A stretch of DNA of 64,000 nucleotides from contig JBMFRC010000001.1 of the NCBI GenBank assembly GCA_049968235.1, positions 160,001-224,000 of the forward strand. The letters are read 5' to 3'. Each line of letters opens with the position of its first letter. Position 1 is the first letter of the stretch. A model generated the notes under the pieces. The model made no database searches and was not told the origin of the DNA. It worked only from the letters and a program-made list of their open reading frames with translations. The DNA is from Candidatus Hydrogenedens sp. Lineage in GTDB: Bacteria > Hydrogenedentota > Hydrogenedentia > Hydrogenedentales > Hydrogenedentaceae. Shown here in pieces: positions 30,152 to 42,171 of this stretch. The position numbers and the translations under genes are program-made.

Positions 30152-30927
30152 CTAATTTCCATCTAATACATTTCGATAAAAGATTTCAAAATCGGCTTCT
30201 GAAAATAACAAGTTTTTCTCAATGCCGAGTTTGTCTTTGATAATAGGGAAAATTTCCTTATTTATTTCATATCTAACTGAATTGCAGAATAAGTGTTTTG
30301 CAGATAAAATAGTTGTTCCACTCCCTAAAAAAGGGTCTAATACAGTGTCCCCGATAAAACTGAACATTTTTATTAATCGTTTTGGTAATTCTTCGGGAAA
30401 CATTGCCAAATGTTCCGTCTGTTTTTCCCCGTTAAAATTCCAGTGTCCAGAAAAGTATTTGTTCCATTCTTCTTTACTTAATTTTATTTCTTTAGGCACA
30501 GACGGAGGATTGCCCGGTTTTTTGAACACCAGTATAAATTCATAGTCTATTTTGATAATCCCATTCCTTGGATAGGGATAACTTCCCATCACAGAAGTAC
30601 TGCCAGTAGTATTCATCGTTGTGGGTTTCTGCCATATAATTGCCCCCATATAATCAAAACCAATAGTTTCGCAAAATTTTATAATTTCAGTTCGTATTGG
30701 GATAATCTTATACCTGCCATAATATATTGGTCATCCACATTTATACACAATCGACAGCCATCTTGTAATACTCTATAACATTCATTCCATACCAGATTAA
30801 GATAATTGATGTATTTTTCGTAAGAGTCATTAAAACCAATCTGTTGTTCTACTCCATAATCTTTCAATTGCCAATAGGGAGGAGAAGTTATGATAAGATG
30901 AATGCTTTTATCCTGGATTTCATTCAT
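30152..30927 (-). pseudogene. N-4/N-6 DNA methyltransferase (PF01555-type, motif IV before motif I), split into two ORFs by a frameshift
   Basis: The N-fragment (30679..30927) carries IITSPPYWQLKDY. The C-fragment (30152..30649, open in frame up to about 30731) carries VLDPFLGSGTT and ...ETIGFDYMGAIIWQKP. The two frames overlap around 30680-30731. There is no homopolymer at the junction. Confidence 0.7.
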
Positions 30928-31038
30928 CTTCGTAAATCACCGATAATGATTTTTGAAATGTTTTCATAGGAATTATTTTTTGTTCAACGGAATTGTTGTA
31001 TCAGATATATTATAAGACACCTGTAAAACAAATGACAT

Positions 31039-32124
31039 TTATCTTGTTGGACTATTAACAATCTCTTTCCATGCGGAGGTTGGTTGTTCTTTGAATTGAG
31101 TTTCGTTTATAGGGTAGATAAAAAGGGCAGGGATGTGTTTTTCTTCGGCGAAGCGAAATGCTTTTTCTTTTCCCATGACCATGAAAGCAGTGGCGTAGGC
31201 ATCTGCATAGGCACAAGTGGGATGAATAACACTAACAGAAGCGATAGTATTCGGTACAGGATAACCTGTATGCGGGTCTATTTCATGGGAATATTTCTTC
31301 CCTTCCCAGAAGTAAAAATTTCGATAGTTTCCGGAGGTTGCCATTGCCAGGTCTTTGAGTTTTATTGCAAGAAAGGTAGAATGCTCCATAGAAACCGGCC
31401 TCTCAATTCCGATGTTCCACAAATTCCCGGGGATTTTCTCTCCTTTCACACGCACTTCCCCACCAACTTCTATCATATAACTATTGAAAGAGTTTTGGTC
31501 TAATAGTTCTGCTACCTTATCGACTGCATATCCTTTGGCAACTGCAGAAAAATCACACTGTATTTCGGGGTTATGTTTTTTTATTCCTTCGGGGAGAATT
31601 TCTATTTTTTGATAATCTACTTTCATTTTAGCATCTTCAATCTGTTCTCTTGTTGGGGGTTGGTCAACAAGTTTCGGTCCAAATCCCCAAATTTGAACAA
31701 GAGGAAAAACGGTAATGTCAAGTGCTCCACCTGTCTGCCGGGCTATTTCAAGAGAAATTTCAAACACCTCTCGTGTCTCTGGAGAAACAGGGAAAGGTAG
31801 ATCGTCTTTATACTGATTAAAACGACTTAACTCCGAATCGGAGTTATAGGTGGACATTAAATTATCTATTTTTGAGAGGCAGTTATGGATTTTTTCACCA
31901 ATACCTTCCGGGAGAATTTCCCCCCGGGGTAAAACAATTTTAACCTGATAAGTTGTCCCCATAGTATTGCCTGAAAAAGAAAAAATACTATACGGAGGGA
32001 CTTTTGTTGAACAGGAAATAAGAAGGCAGAGTATAAATAAAACTTCTCCCCATCGCAGGATGGGAAGAAGTTTTTTATTATTCTTACGAATATATCTGTG
32101 ATTATCCAAAGTTATCGTAAGCAA
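31039..32124 (-). CDS. apbE: FAD:protein FMN transferase (flavin transferase for NqrB/NqrC). It is a predicted lipoprotein.
   Basis: ApbE family. The lipobox is LLISCSTK. It is the last gene of the nqr operon and its start overlaps the nqrF stop. Confidence 0.8.
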   Translation of the reverse strand: MLTITLDNHRYIRKNNKKLLPILRWGEVLFILCLLISCSTKVPPYSIFSFSGNTMGTTYQVKIVLPRGEILPEGIGEKIHNCLSKIDNLMSTYNSDSELSRFNQYKDDLPFPVSPETREVFEISLEIARQTGGALDITVFPLVQIWGFGPKLVDQPPTREQIEDAKMKVDYQKIEILPEGIKKHNPEIQCDFSAVAKGYAVDKVAELLDQNSFNSYMIEVGGEVRVKGEKIPGNLWNIGIERPVSMEHSTFLAIKLKDLAMATSGNYRNFYFWEGKKYSHEIDPHTGYPVPNTIASVSVIHPTCAYADAYATAFMVMGKEKAFRFAEEKHIPALFIYPINETQFKEQPTSAWKEIVNSPTR

Positions 32125-33325
32125 TCATATCATCCTCCACACCTAAACTGTGAAGCATGTTCAGACATGCGGACAACATAAGAGGAGGTCCGCAAATATA
32201 GTATTCAATATCTTCCGGTGCGGGATGGTTCTTCAAGTATTCATCATGTAAAACTTGATGAATAAAGCCTGTTAGTCCTGTCCAGTTATCTTCGGGCAAT
32301 GGTTCGGAAAGGGCAATATGCCAGCGGAAATTTTCATTCTCTCTTTGTATCATATTAAAATCATCTTCATAGAAGATTTCTCGCTTGCTTCTTGCACCAT
32401 ACCAGAAGGTTACCTTACGCTTTGTTTTCAGCCGTTTGAACTGGTCAAAGATATGAGAACGCATAGGAGCCATACCGGCACCACCACCAATAAAACACAT
32501 TTCTCGATTGGTTTCTTTCGCAAAGAATTCACCGAAGGGACCGGAGATAGTAACCTCATCACCGGGTTTTAAACTGAAAATATAGGAAGACATAATTCCG
32601 GGCGGTATTCCTTTTGCATTCGGTGGGGGTAATGCAATACGAACATTGAGCATAATAATCCCTTTTTCATCGGGATAATTTGCCATTGAATAGGCACGCG
32701 TTACATGTTCATCATTAACTGCAGTAATGTCCCATAATTTAAATTTATCCCACACATCACGGAATTGAGGTTCAATATCAAAATCTTTGTAGGAAATTTT
32801 ATAAGGTGGGCATTGAATCTGAATGTAGCCACCAGCACGGAACGGAACTTCTTCTCCTTCCGGCAATTGTAGTACCAATTCTTTGATAAAGGTTGCTACA
32901 CTGCGGTTGGATTTTACTTTACATTTCCACTGGCGAACTTCAAAAATTTCCGGAGGCAATTCAATCTTCATGTCTTGCTTGACTTTTACCTGACAGGCAA
33001 GACGGTAACCTTTCTTGGCTAAACCGCGATTAATATGCGTTTGCTCCGTAGGAAGCAGTGCCCCTCCACCTTCTTTAACAACTACTTTGCAAACACCACA
33101 ACTTCCTTTCCCTCCACAGGCAGAAGGAATAAATATTTTCTGGTTTGCAAGGGTGTTTAAAAGAGTCCCTCCGACAGGAGCACTTAATGCTTTGTTGGGG
33201 TCATCATTAACGATAATTTTTACGCTACCTGAGGCTACTAATTTTGCTTTTGCAATCATCAGTAAGATAGCCAGCGTTAACACAATTAATGAGAACATTA
33301 ACATTCCAAGCAATACCGTTTGCAT
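32102..33325 (-). CDS. nqrF: Na+-translocating NADH-quinone reductase subunit F
   Basis: N-terminal TM helix. The 2Fe-2S ferredoxin motif is [12 protein letters not shown]. An FAD/NAD-binding domain follows. Confidence 0.9.
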   Translation of the reverse strand: MQTVLLGMLMFSLIVLTLAILLMIAKAKLVASGSVKIIVNDDPNKALSAPVGGTLLNTLANQKIFIPSACGGKGSCGVCKVVVKEGGGALLPTEQTHINRGLAKKGYRLACQVKVKQDMKIELPPEIFEVRQWKCKVKSNRSVATFIKELVLQLPEGEEVPFRAGGYIQIQCPPYKISYKDFDIEPQFRDVWDKFKLWDITAVNDEHVTRAYSMANYPDEKGIIMLNVRIALPPPNAKGIPPGIMSSYIFSLKPGDEVTISGPFGEFFAKETNREMCFIGGGAGMAPMRSHIFDQFKRLKTKRKVTFWYGARSKREIFYEDDFNMIQRENENFRWHIALSEPLPEDNWTGLTGFIHQVLHDEYLKNHPAPEDIEYYICGPPLMLSACLNMLHSLGVEDDMIAYDNFG

Positions 33326-33383
33326 GCTTGTAATTCCTTAATCCTTAAGTTTATTCAAATTAAATATTACCTTGTTCATCTGT

Positions 33384-34001
33384 TTATAGTTGAATCCCTG
33401 AGAATGCTAAGAAACCCAGAGCCATCAAACCGGTTAAAATAAAAGCCAGCCCCAGACCTCTTAATCCCGGAGGAACATTACTATATCTTAATTTTTCTCG
33501 TATTGAAGCCATACCAATAATGGCTAATGCCCATCCGATACCGGAGCCAATGGCAAAAACTAATGCATCGCCGAAGGCATAATCCCGCTGTTCCATAAAG
33601 AGAGCTGCACCCAATATGGCACAATTAACTGCAATTAATGGGAGGAATATCCCCAGAGCCGAATATAAAGTAGGAACGAAACGGTCTAAAAACATCTCTA
33701 CCAGTTGCACCAATGCGGCGATAGCACCGATATATGCAAGGAAACTTAAAAAGCCAAGGTCTACATTGGCAAGACTGGGATGTATCCATGCCATAGCCCC
33801 TTCACGAAGTAAGTAATTAAAGATAAGATTGCTGGCAACAACAGCAAGTACAAGAACAAATATGACTGCTGTTCCCAGTCCGATGGCTGTCTCGACCTTT
33901 CGTGATACTGCCATAAAAGAACACATACCTAAAAAGAAAGCCAGTGCCATATTCTCGATAAAAGCACTTTTTATAAATAAACCTGCATAATGCTCAAACA
34001 T
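33384..34001 (-). CDS. nqrE: Na+-NQR subunit E
   Basis: 205 aa polytopic membrane protein at the conserved position in the operon. Confidence 0.85.
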   Translation of the reverse strand: MFEHYAGLFIKSAFIENMALAFFLGMCSFMAVSRKVETAIGLGTAVIFVLVLAVVASNLIFNYLLREGAMAWIHPSLANVDLGFLSFLAYIGAIAALVQLVEMFLDRFVPTLYSALGIFLPLIAVNCAILGAALFMEQRDYAFGDALVFAIGSGIGWALAIIGMASIREKLRYSNVPPGLRGLGLAFILTGLMALGFLAFSGIQL

Positions 34002-34008
34002 GGTAGAA

Positions 34009-34644
34009 TTACTCCTTCTCTTGCTGTTCAGGTTTCCATGTCCGAAGTAACCAGATAAGCATTGCTATCATAAATAAGGCTCCCGGAGCCATAAGTAAGA
34101 TACCATTCGGATAATACCAACCCCCTTCATTGACCGTTTTTAACACCGTATACCCCAAAATCTTTCCCGACCCGAACAGTTCCCGGAAAATACCCAACAC
34201 AATTAATATCATGCTATAGCCCAAACCATTTCCTATACCATCTAAAAAACTTACCCAGGGAGGATTTTGCATGGCATACGCCTCTGCACGTCCCATAACA
34301 ATACAGTTTGTGATGATAAGCCCCACAAATACAGATAATTGCTTGCTAATTGTAGGCACAAATGCTTTTAATATTTGGTCCGCAATAATGACCAATGACG
34401 CTATAATTGTTAATTGGATAATAATACGGACATTTGTAGGAACTAAGTTTCGTATCAAACTAATAGATAAGTTGGAGAATGCAGTTACTACTGTAAGAGA
34501 GATTGCCATTACTATGGCTTTGTCCAATTTTGTCGTAACAGCCAGAGCAGAACAAATACCTAATATTTGTAATGCAATAGGATTATTGTTAAACAATGGG
34601 TCAATTAATGCAGAGCGTTCTTTTTTCCCTAAGATAGCACTCAT
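34009..34644 (-). CDS. nqrD: Na+-NQR subunit D
   Basis: 211 aa polytopic membrane protein, paralogous to NqrE. Confidence 0.85.
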   Translation of the reverse strand: MSAILGKKERSALIDPLFNNNPIALQILGICSALAVTTKLDKAIVMAISLTVVTAFSNLSISLIRNLVPTNVRIIIQLTIIASLVIIADQILKAFVPTISKQLSVFVGLIITNCIVMGRAEAYAMQNPPWVSFLDGIGNGLGYSMILIVLGIFRELFGSGKILGYTVLKTVNEGGWYYPNGILLMAPGALFMIAMLIWLLRTWKPEQQEKE

Positions 34645-34646
34645 AT

Positions 34647-35429
34647 CTATAAACTCCCTTGTTGTTTCTTATTCTTGATATATTTTCCATATCCACTATC
34701 ACTTAACCAGAAACGGATTAAGTTCGTAACACCTCGACTGGTCATGGTAGCACCGGATAAACCATCTACATGATACGGGTCAGAATCCGGAGAACCTGCC
34801 TGTCCTTTGATAACAGAAAGTTTGACTTCTCCTCCGGAATCATAGACCTTCCGGCCTACCCACAATTGACACCATTTGGGATTTTCAATTTCACCACCTA
34901 ACCCCGGTGTTTCTCCATGTTCATAGAAAATAATTCCGCGAACTGTATTTAAATCCTTATCTATCGCTAAATACCCATATAGCATAGACCATAAGCCCCG
35001 CCCTTGAATAGGTAATATAACTTCATCTATTTGCCCCTGCCGTTTTACCATATACACAAAGCCATACTTTGGCATATCAATCAAACCAGCAGAATTCGGT
35101 GGTGCTTTTTTACTCAGATTTGGGTCTTTCAATGCCCGTTTCGGGTCGAACGTATCCGGAGAAATATCTGTGGCATAGTCGCCTGTGTCAAAATTTACAA
35201 GTCTTACATCAATATTCTCTTTGAATTTACTCTGTATCCCTTCACGAGATAAACTTTCCGAAGGACTAACCAGACCGGAAACAAGTAATATTTTATGTTG
35301 CCGGTCTAAAATCTGGTTGATTTGTTGTCGTTCTTTTAATCCGACTGCCGCACTTGCTACAAGAATAGAACATATCCCACAAAGGACAGTCGTAAAAATA
35401 ATTGTATAAAGACTTCCTTCACGCTGCAT
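34647..35429 (-). CDS. nqrC: Na+-NQR subunit C
   Basis: FMN attachment motif [13 protein letters not shown]. Confidence 0.85.
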   Translation of the reverse strand: MQREGSLYTIIFTTVLCGICSILVASAAVGLKERQQINQILDRQHKILLVSGLVSPSESLSREGIQSKFKENIDVRLVNFDTGDYATDISPDTFDPKRALKDPNLSKKAPPNSAGLIDMPKYGFVYMVKRQGQIDEVILPIQGRGLWSMLYGYLAIDKDLNTVRGIIFYEHGETPGLGGEIENPKWCQLWVGRKVYDSGGEVKLSVIKGQAGSPDSDPYHVDGLSGATMTSRGVTNLIRFWLSDSGYGKYIKNKKQQGSL

Positions 35430-36690
35430 GGTGCGTCAATCTCCTTTTAATGTTCGATTGCATTACAAAGTAATCTGTTAATGGAGCAAAAATGTTGGCA
35501 AATAAGATAACCAACATGGTTACTTCCGGATATGCAGGGTTTACTGTTCTTAATAAAACTACAAAGGAACCTATAAATAAACCATAAATCCAGCGACCGG
35601 TATCTGTAAATGGTGAGGAAACAGGGTCAGTAGCCATAAATACACCCCCAAAGGCTAATCCACCAATAACCCAATGCCAAAGCGGTCCTGCCTGGAAAGC
35701 AGGGTTTGTTGGAGAATGGTAAAAACTTAACAAAAGAGCCATAATTCCCGAACCTATAAACACTCCCGCAATTGTTCGCCATGAACCAACGCCGGTATAA
35801 ATTAAAATTAGAGCACCAATCAGGCATGCAATCACAGATGTTTCACCCATAGACCCCGGTTCCAATCCTATAACCGATTCCAGCCAACTGGTAACCCCAT
35901 CATGTAGATTGATGGAGAAAACACCTGCACTCTGTAGTGATTCAACTCCTTTGTCTTTTATCACGGCGAGACAAGTTGCTCCACTATATCCGTCAACTGC
36001 AACCCATACTTTATCACCACTAATCTGTGCTGGATAGGCAAAATACAAAAAGGCACGAGCAGTAAGGGCTGGGTTTAATATGTTCATTCCTACACCACCA
36101 AAGATTTCTTTTCCTATCACCACACCGAAAATAATACCGATGGCTACCTGCCAAAGGGGTATCTGCGGGGGAAGGATTAGGGGGAATAAAAGACTGGTAA
36201 CCAGAAATCCTTCGCTGATTTCGTGTTTCCGCACAATTGCAAAAATAACCTCACAAATACCACCACAGGCTAAGGTAACGATATATATCGGGAAGAAATA
36301 TAAGGCACCGTAGAGAATACAGGAAATTACATTACTTGCATTAAAACTCAATCCCAGAGCACGAAATACGCCAGCACGCCAGCCTGGTACTTGTTCCGGG
36401 GATAATCCCATACTTTCAATACCTAAAAACGCCTGCAAACCTGTATTGTATAAAGCCATGATTACACACGGGGTTAAAGCAACTACGACGGTTATCATAA
36501 GTCGTTTCAAATCAATGGCATCTCGCACATGAGGAGCACCTTTTGTTACGGTTCCCGGCGTATAAAGAAAGGTGTCATTCGCTTCCCACAGAGGATAAAG
36601 CCACGCCAACTTTCCTCCGGGTTCAAACATTTTTCCCTGATGGTCTAAAATATTCCGAAGCCATTTCATATATTTATCCTTCCTTCTCAA
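35419..36690 (-). CDS. nqrB: Na+-NQR subunit B
   Basis: Polytopic membrane protein with FMN attachment motif [11 protein letters not shown]. Confidence 0.85.
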   Translation of the reverse strand: MRRKDKYMKWLRNILDHQGKMFEPGGKLAWLYPLWEANDTFLYTPGTVTKGAPHVRDAIDLKRLMITVVVALTPCVIMALYNTGLQAFLGIESMGLSPEQVPGWRAGVFRALGLSFNASNVISCILYGALYFFPIYIVTLACGGICEVIFAIVRKHEISEGFLVTSLLFPLILPPQIPLWQVAIGIIFGVVIGKEIFGGVGMNILNPALTARAFLYFAYPAQISGDKVWVAVDGYSGATCLAVIKDKGVESLQSAGVFSINLHDGVTSWLESVIGLEPGSMGETSVIACLIGALILIYTGVGSWRTIAGVFIGSGIMALLLSFYHSPTNPAFQAGPLWHWVIGGLAFGGVFMATDPVSSPFTDTGRWIYGLFIGSFVVLLRTVNPAYPEVTMLVILFANIFAPLTDYFVMQSNIKRRLTHHAA

Positions 36691-38059
36691 TCAACTCTAA
36701 ATTTCTTCTCAACATGGGACCAAAATCATTTTTACCGGGACATACAAAACTGCAAAGAGCAAGGTCTTCTTCTTCGAGTTCAAGACATCCCAATTGTTCC
36801 GCCCGTTCTACATCGTCCATTGCAAGAGAACGAAGTAAAAAGGTAGGAATAATATCCAGAGGCATTACTTTTTCATACAAACCTATAGGGATAATTGCCC
36901 GATGTCCTCCGTGCATTGCAGTTGTAAAATCAAACTTCTTATTTTTTCCACCGAACCATGATGAAGCAAAAAGGTTTAACACCGAAAATTTATTCTTACC
37001 CGGTGCTAACCATCCTAAAAATTCTCGTTCTCTACCTTCCGCAAGTACAGAAATCTGTTGATGATAGCGACCTAAATAACCGAAAATATCACCTTGCGCA
37101 ATATTTCCCGACCATACAGAACCGGAAATAACCCGTTGTTCACCCGCATTGAGTTCATTTGCAACCAACTCATCTATACTGGCACCTAAACGGGTCTTTA
37201 TATATCTCGGTTTCTTAACCCCGGGACCTGCAAGAGTAATGACACGCTGTAAATCTAAAAGTCCCGTTTTAAATAAATAACCTATTACTGCTACATCCTG
37301 TAATGCTATATACCATACTGTTTTGTTACGGTCCACCGGGTCAAGGAAATGTATATGTGTTCCGGGCAAACCACTGGGATGTGGTCCCTCAAATTCCTCC
37401 ACCTGCACTTTTCCATCACTTTTCACTCCAAAATTCGAACCCGGTGATTGACAGAAAAATACCTTTCCCTGCGTCAAACGCTTTATTACTTCTAAACCTA
37501 AAGATATATCTTCTTTTCGGTCTTTTATACACAATTGTAAATCTGGTGCTAATGGATTACTATCCATGGCTGTGATAAAAATAGAATGTGGGATACTATC
37601 AACTACAGGATTTTTTCCAAATGGGCGTGTCCGAAATGATAACCACATTCCGGATTCAATAAGTAAACCACGAATTTCATCATCTGACAAATTAGCAATT
37701 GGTTTCCCTTTGTAATTTTCAAATGAAATTTGCTCTTCAGCAGATGGTCTTCCAGAAATATCGCTTTCTTCAATTTCAATGACAACACTCTGTAATGCTC
37801 TTCGTTCACCGCGATGAATTGCTATAACCTCTCCTTTTGCGAAACTGGTATGAACGACACCTGGTAATTTTTTGTTTTCAAATAAAATTTGTCCGCGTTT
37901 TACTTTTTCGCCCACAGTAACCTTAAAAGAGGGACGCATACCAATGTAGTCATTCGCAAGTATGGCAACCCTTTTAACAGTTTTGTTTGTATCAATGACG
38001 GGTTCCGGTGAGCCTGTAATAGGTAGGTCTAACCCTTTTTTAATTGTGTATTTGCTCAT
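36674..38059 (-). CDS. nqrA: Na+-NQR subunit A
   Basis: 461 aa soluble subunit. It is the first gene of the operon, upstream of nqrB, with a 17-nt overlap. Confidence 0.85.
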   Translation of the reverse strand: MSKYTIKKGLDLPITGSPEPVIDTNKTVKRVAILANDYIGMRPSFKVTVGEKVKRGQILFENKKLPGVVHTSFAKGEVIAIHRGERRALQSVVIEIEESDISGRPSAEEQISFENYKGKPIANLSDDEIRGLLIESGMWLSFRTRPFGKNPVVDSIPHSIFITAMDSNPLAPDLQLCIKDRKEDISLGLEVIKRLTQGKVFFCQSPGSNFGVKSDGKVQVEEFEGPHPSGLPGTHIHFLDPVDRNKTVWYIALQDVAVIGYLFKTGLLDLQRVITLAGPGVKKPRYIKTRLGASIDELVANELNAGEQRVISGSVWSGNIAQGDIFGYLGRYHQQISVLAEGREREFLGWLAPGKNKFSVLNLFASSWFGGKNKKFDFTTAMHGGHRAIIPIGLYEKVMPLDIIPTFLLRSLAMDDVERAEQLGCLELEEEDLALCSFVCPGKNDFGPMLRRNLELIEKEG

Positions 38060-38301
38060 AAAAACAAAACCTGCCTGCTCGAAATAAGTTTGAGTTTATT
38101 GTATTGTAATTACATAGAGAGAAAAAATTAAACATAAATATAAAAAACTTCTATAATAATAGTCAAACTCAAAATTAGAATAAAACTGATGTAAGTATAT
38201 ACTTACTGTTCGTTAAATTGCAAATTGCAAACCTTATCTCTTTTATTATTAAAAATTTTTTGTGTCTCATTGCTTTTTTGTGGAGAAAATTTATTTTTTT
38301 T

Positions 38302-39060
38302 CTATGTTGCTATGAAGCCACCATCCACAATTAATTCCGCACCTGTCATCCAGCTGGATTCATCGGATGCAAGAAATAGTGCGGTATATGCAATATCTTC
38401 AGGTTTGCCAAGCCGTTTTAATGGCAAACTATCACCAATGGCTTTTTTCTTCTCAGGTGTCAAATAAGGTTCTTGTAAAGGCGTATCAACCATCCCCGGA
38501 TGAATAATATTACAACGAATATTGTCGGGACCAAATTGTACCGCTAATGATTTTGCTAATGAAATTAACGCACCTTTGGCACAGGTATAGGAATCCTGAG
38601 CCAATGTAAATCCGACCAATGCAGAGATTGAACCTACAAGGATGATGGACCCACCACCTGCTTTCTGCAAATATGGAATGCCATGTTTTGTCAGGAAAAA
38701 AGCACCTTTTAGATTTATCGCCTGCACAATATCCCAGTTTTCTTCGGTAGTTTCGATAACAGATTTATCACGGTCTTTCCATAATACGCCCGCATTGGCA
38801 TACAAAATATCCAATTTCCCGAATTGCTTTACAGCCTCTTCCACTCCTGCTTTTACATCTGCTTCCTTGCTTACATCACCAATAAAGACTGCACACTTAC
38901 CACCTTCGGATTTTATGATGTTTTCTGTTTCACGAGCTGCTTTTTCGTTCATATCAAATATCAATACACTGGTACCTTCGCGTGCAAAAAGTACTGAACC
39001 CGCACGACCCATACCCAGACCAGCACCCGTAATAATAGCGACTTTATCTTTTAATCTCAT
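38302..39060 (-). CDS. Short-chain dehydrogenase/reductase (SDR) family oxidoreductase
   Basis: Motifs TGAGLGMGRA (Rossmann) and YTCAKGAL (YxxxK). Confidence 0.85.
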   Translation of the reverse strand: MRLKDKVAIITGAGLGMGRAGSVLFAREGTSVLIFDMNEKAARETENIIKSEGGKCAVFIGDVSKEADVKAGVEEAVKQFGKLDILYANAGVLWKDRDKSVIETTEENWDIVQAINLKGAFFLTKHGIPYLQKAGGGSIILVGSISALVGFTLAQDSYTCAKGALISLAKSLAVQFGPDNIRCNIIHPGMVDTPLQEPYLTPEKKKAIGDSLPLKRLGKPEDIAYTALFLASDESSWMTGAELIVDGGFIAT

Positions 39061-39148
39061 AAAAATACTCCTTTTCCTTTTGGGTTATGTGTAACGAAAT
39101 TGAATGGGAATACATATCATATATGAATTGAATAGGTAATTTAAATTT

Positions 39149-39952
39149 TTATCTTTTTTCAGGAACATTCAATTTAATCATATCAACATAAAAGGCATCT
39201 CCTTCCGTTCTGACATGATAAAATTCTGGGGAAAAATCCTCAAAATTCCAATTTAGTGAAGGAAGTATAAAAACGGGCGTTTCTTCTATAATATACTTTT
39301 CCTTTTTGTGCAGGTGTCCACAGAACATAGCATTGGGTTTATATCTTTTAAATATCTCGCTCAATGCTTTCTGGTCATTAGAAGAAAGATACATATTTTC
39401 CGCTTTCCCTTCAATATTAGGGGGAATATGTGCAAATACAAAAATAAAAGGAACTTGTTTCCTATCTACATTTAGTTCGTGTTCTAACCAATCTTGTTGT
39501 TCCTTTCCTTTAATTCCTTCGGATTCAAAATGACCAATATGGTCACCCGTATCGGATGCATCACAAAGGGCAATACATTTCACTTGCTTATAACTAAAAG
39601 AATAGAAATCCTTATCCGTAAAATCCTCTGGAAACATTTTGGCTAGTATTTTCCTATCTTCTCTTTTTTCATGATTTCCAAAAATAACATGAAAGGGTAT
39701 TGTAGGTTTTAGTTCATTAAATACTTTTTCAAACTCTTTCGCATGAATATCCCCCGTAACGACTACAAAATCTGGTTTCGGTCTTAATTCATCTAATTGT
39801 TTCACAAAGGTAGTGAAATGTTTCGTTCCGTCCTTCTCCGCCATGTGTAAATCCGATACTACAACAAATGAAACTTCTTCCGCTCTTGCAAATGTTACGA
39901 TAATGAAAAATATTGTGAGAGTTAATAGTAAATTTACTTTTAAATGTTTCAT
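39149..39952 (-). CDS. Secreted metallophosphoesterase (calcineurin-like)
   Basis: Signal peptide MKHLKVNLLLTLTIFFIIVTFARA. Motifs DLHM, GDIH, GNHE and GHLHK. Confidence 0.75.
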   Translation of the reverse strand: MKHLKVNLLLTLTIFFIIVTFARAEEVSFVVVSDLHMAEKDGTKHFTTFVKQLDELRPKPDFVVVTGDIHAKEFEKVFNELKPTIPFHVIFGNHEKREDRKILAKMFPEDFTDKDFYSFSYKQVKCIALCDASDTGDHIGHFESEGIKGKEQQDWLEHELNVDRKQVPFIFVFAHIPPNIEGKAENMYLSSNDQKALSEIFKRYKPNAMFCGHLHKKEKYIIEETPVFILPSLNWNFEDFSPEFYHVRTEGDAFYVDMIKLNVPEKR

Positions 39953-40044
39953 GATTAGTACTCCATTTATATCCGTTTGAAATAGAATGAGATTTATTAT
40001 ACCCGTGTAAGAAGAAAGAATAAAAAGGGGTATATGAGTCGTAT

Positions 40045-42114
40045 CTATTTTGGGTGTCCAAAAAGGATTTCCGCATCCTTTCGGGCTTTTTGAATAAGGT
40101 TCAGGTCACGGGTAAAATTGATGAATTTTAAGTCGCTTTCACCGGACTGGCGAAGTCCTCCAATCTCTCCATGCCCCCGTATGATTAAATCTTTTTCCGC
40201 AATTTCAAAACCGTCGTTTGTTGCACAAAGTATTTTCAACCGCTCCATACTAGTTTCATTGTTTGAAGCAGGTAGCAGGAAACAATAGGAAGGATGAGGA
40301 CCACGTCCTACCCTTCCTCGCAATTGATGTAGTTGAGCGAGTCCAAAACACTCTGCATTTTCGACCACAAGATTTGTTGCCCTTTGCACATCTATTCCTA
40401 CTTCAATAACTGTGGTCGAAAATAAAACATCAATTTCCCCTTGAGCAAAACGGTTTATTACATCAGCTTTTTCGCTAAACGAGAGGCGACCATGTATTAA
40501 GTCTGTTCGTAAGGAGGAGAAGGGACCATAACGAAGTTTTTCGTAAACCGCCAGTAAGGGTTTCAAATTTTCTTTATGTGTGGATTCTTCGATACTTGGG
40601 CAAACCCAATAGGTAGCAAAATCCTTCTGTGCCTGCTGGATAATAAATTGGATTAAACCTTCCCGTTTCTTTTCCATGATAATATAAGTTTTAACAGGCG
40701 AACGTCCCGGAGGCATCTCATCAATAACACTTATATCCATACCACCATATATGGTCATCGCAAGAGAACGCGGTATTGGCGTTGCTGTCAGATAAAGAAG
40801 ATCCGGGGCGGTTCCTTTCATTCGTAATTTTCGCCTTTGCATAACACCGAAACGATGTTGTTCATCAATAACAACAAGTCCTAAATTATGAAACAGTGTT
40901 GCTTCCTGTATGAGTGCCTGTGTGCCTACAACAATATGTATCTCTCCCTGTGCAATTTGTTTTCGTATCTCTTTTGCATTTTTAATGGAATGGGTTAATA
41001 ATTCAATCCGAATAGGCAGGGGAGATAAGAGTTTTTTAAGATTTAAATAATGTTGTTCTGCTAATATCTCCGTAGGAGCCATTAATGCTGACTGGTAACA
41101 ACTATCCACGCAGGCACAAACAGCATGGAGAGCAACCAATGTTTTACCGCAACCAACATCTCCCTGAATTAAACGAAGCATCTGTTTGGGAGCGGATAAA
41201 TCATGGAGGATTTCATCAACAACCCGTTGCTGTGCAGAAGTCAGGTTGAAAGGCAATTGACGACGGAAGGTCGTTAGATTTTCACCGTTTGTCCTATGAA
41301 TACAAACAGATTTATTTTTAACATTTTCCTCCTTCCAAATCCACCATTCTTTCTGGATTTTTAATACCTCATTATAAGCGAGCCGTTTACGTGCTTCTTC
41401 TACCTCTTCTAATGTTTCAGGGAAATGTAACTTTTGAAAGACTTCATACATGGGTATTAGCCCACGAACTTTTAGAAACTCCTCTGATAAATCATCTTCA
41501 ATGTGGACACTTAATATTGTTTCATATACCCACCGGCGAAATGAGCGAAGGGAAATACCTTCACAGAGAGTATATATCGGGACAATACGCGCAGTATGTA
41601 TATTTGTTTCTTCATCTATATATTCCTCATATTCAGGATTGTTCATTACAAAACGAGCATTCATCCTTTCTACAGAGCCATAAAGGAAAAATCTCCTACC
41701 CGGTTGGAATAAGTGTCGCGTAAGGTAGGGGCGTCCCCAAAATATTCCTTCTATGGTTCCTGTGTTGTCCTTGAAGATTACCCGTGCCTGAGATAGCCCC
41801 TTTCGCAGGTAAACCTGTCTTGTATGTTCTACTACTACAGACAGTGTATATTTCTTACCTTCTTCTAATGTCTGTATGCTTCTCAAACATCTACGGTCTT
41901 CATATCTACGAGGTGGATAAAGAAGTAAATCCTGAACTGTTTTTATACCTATGGAATTTAATTTTTTTTCGCGTCCGGGACCCACCTCCGGTAGAGATGA
42001 AACAGGAACATCCCAAAATTGTGGATAAGTAGTTTTCTGTTTCTTCTTAGCAATCATATAGATATTCCTGAATATATAATGGGATAAGTAATGTGCGTTT
42101 TCAGAAAGTATCAT
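40045..42114 (-). CDS. recG: ATP-dependent DNA helicase RecG
   Basis: Walker A GDVGCGKT and DEQHRFG. The N-terminus matches the RecG pattern (LYPPRRYEDR). The true start is possibly MIAKKK, 19 codons in. Confidence 0.85.
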   Translation of the reverse strand: MILSENAHYLSHYIFRNIYMIAKKKQKTTYPQFWDVPVSSLPEVGPGREKKLNSIGIKTVQDLLLYPPRRYEDRRCLRSIQTLEEGKKYTLSVVVEHTRQVYLRKGLSQARVIFKDNTGTIEGIFWGRPYLTRHLFQPGRRFFLYGSVERMNARFVMNNPEYEEYIDEETNIHTARIVPIYTLCEGISLRSFRRWVYETILSVHIEDDLSEEFLKVRGLIPMYEVFQKLHFPETLEEVEEARKRLAYNEVLKIQKEWWIWKEENVKNKSVCIHRTNGENLTTFRRQLPFNLTSAQQRVVDEILHDLSAPKQMLRLIQGDVGCGKTLVALHAVCACVDSCYQSALMAPTEILAEQHYLNLKKLLSPLPIRIELLTHSIKNAKEIRKQIAQGEIHIVVGTQALIQEATLFHNLGLVVIDEQHRFGVMQRRKLRMKGTAPDLLYLTATPIPRSLAMTIYGGMDISVIDEMPPGRSPVKTYIIMEKKREGLIQFIIQQAQKDFATYWVCPSIEESTHKENLKPLLAVYEKLRYGPFSSLRTDLIHGRLSFSEKADVINRFAQGEIDVLFSTTVIEVGIDVQRATNLVVENAECFGLAQLHQLRGRVGRGPHPSYCFLLPASNNETSMERLKILCATNDGFEIAEKDLIIRGHGEIGGLRQSGESDLKFINFTRDLNLIQKARKDAEILFGHPK

Positions 42115-42171
42115 ATCATGTTGTAAAGGAGGCAGACAGGTTAGATAAATTGGACATTAAAGAGTACTTCT

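Noticed and set aside
38225-39094. Plus-strand ORFs antisense to the SDR gene
   Set aside because: They sit entirely within a high-confidence SDR CDS on the other strand.
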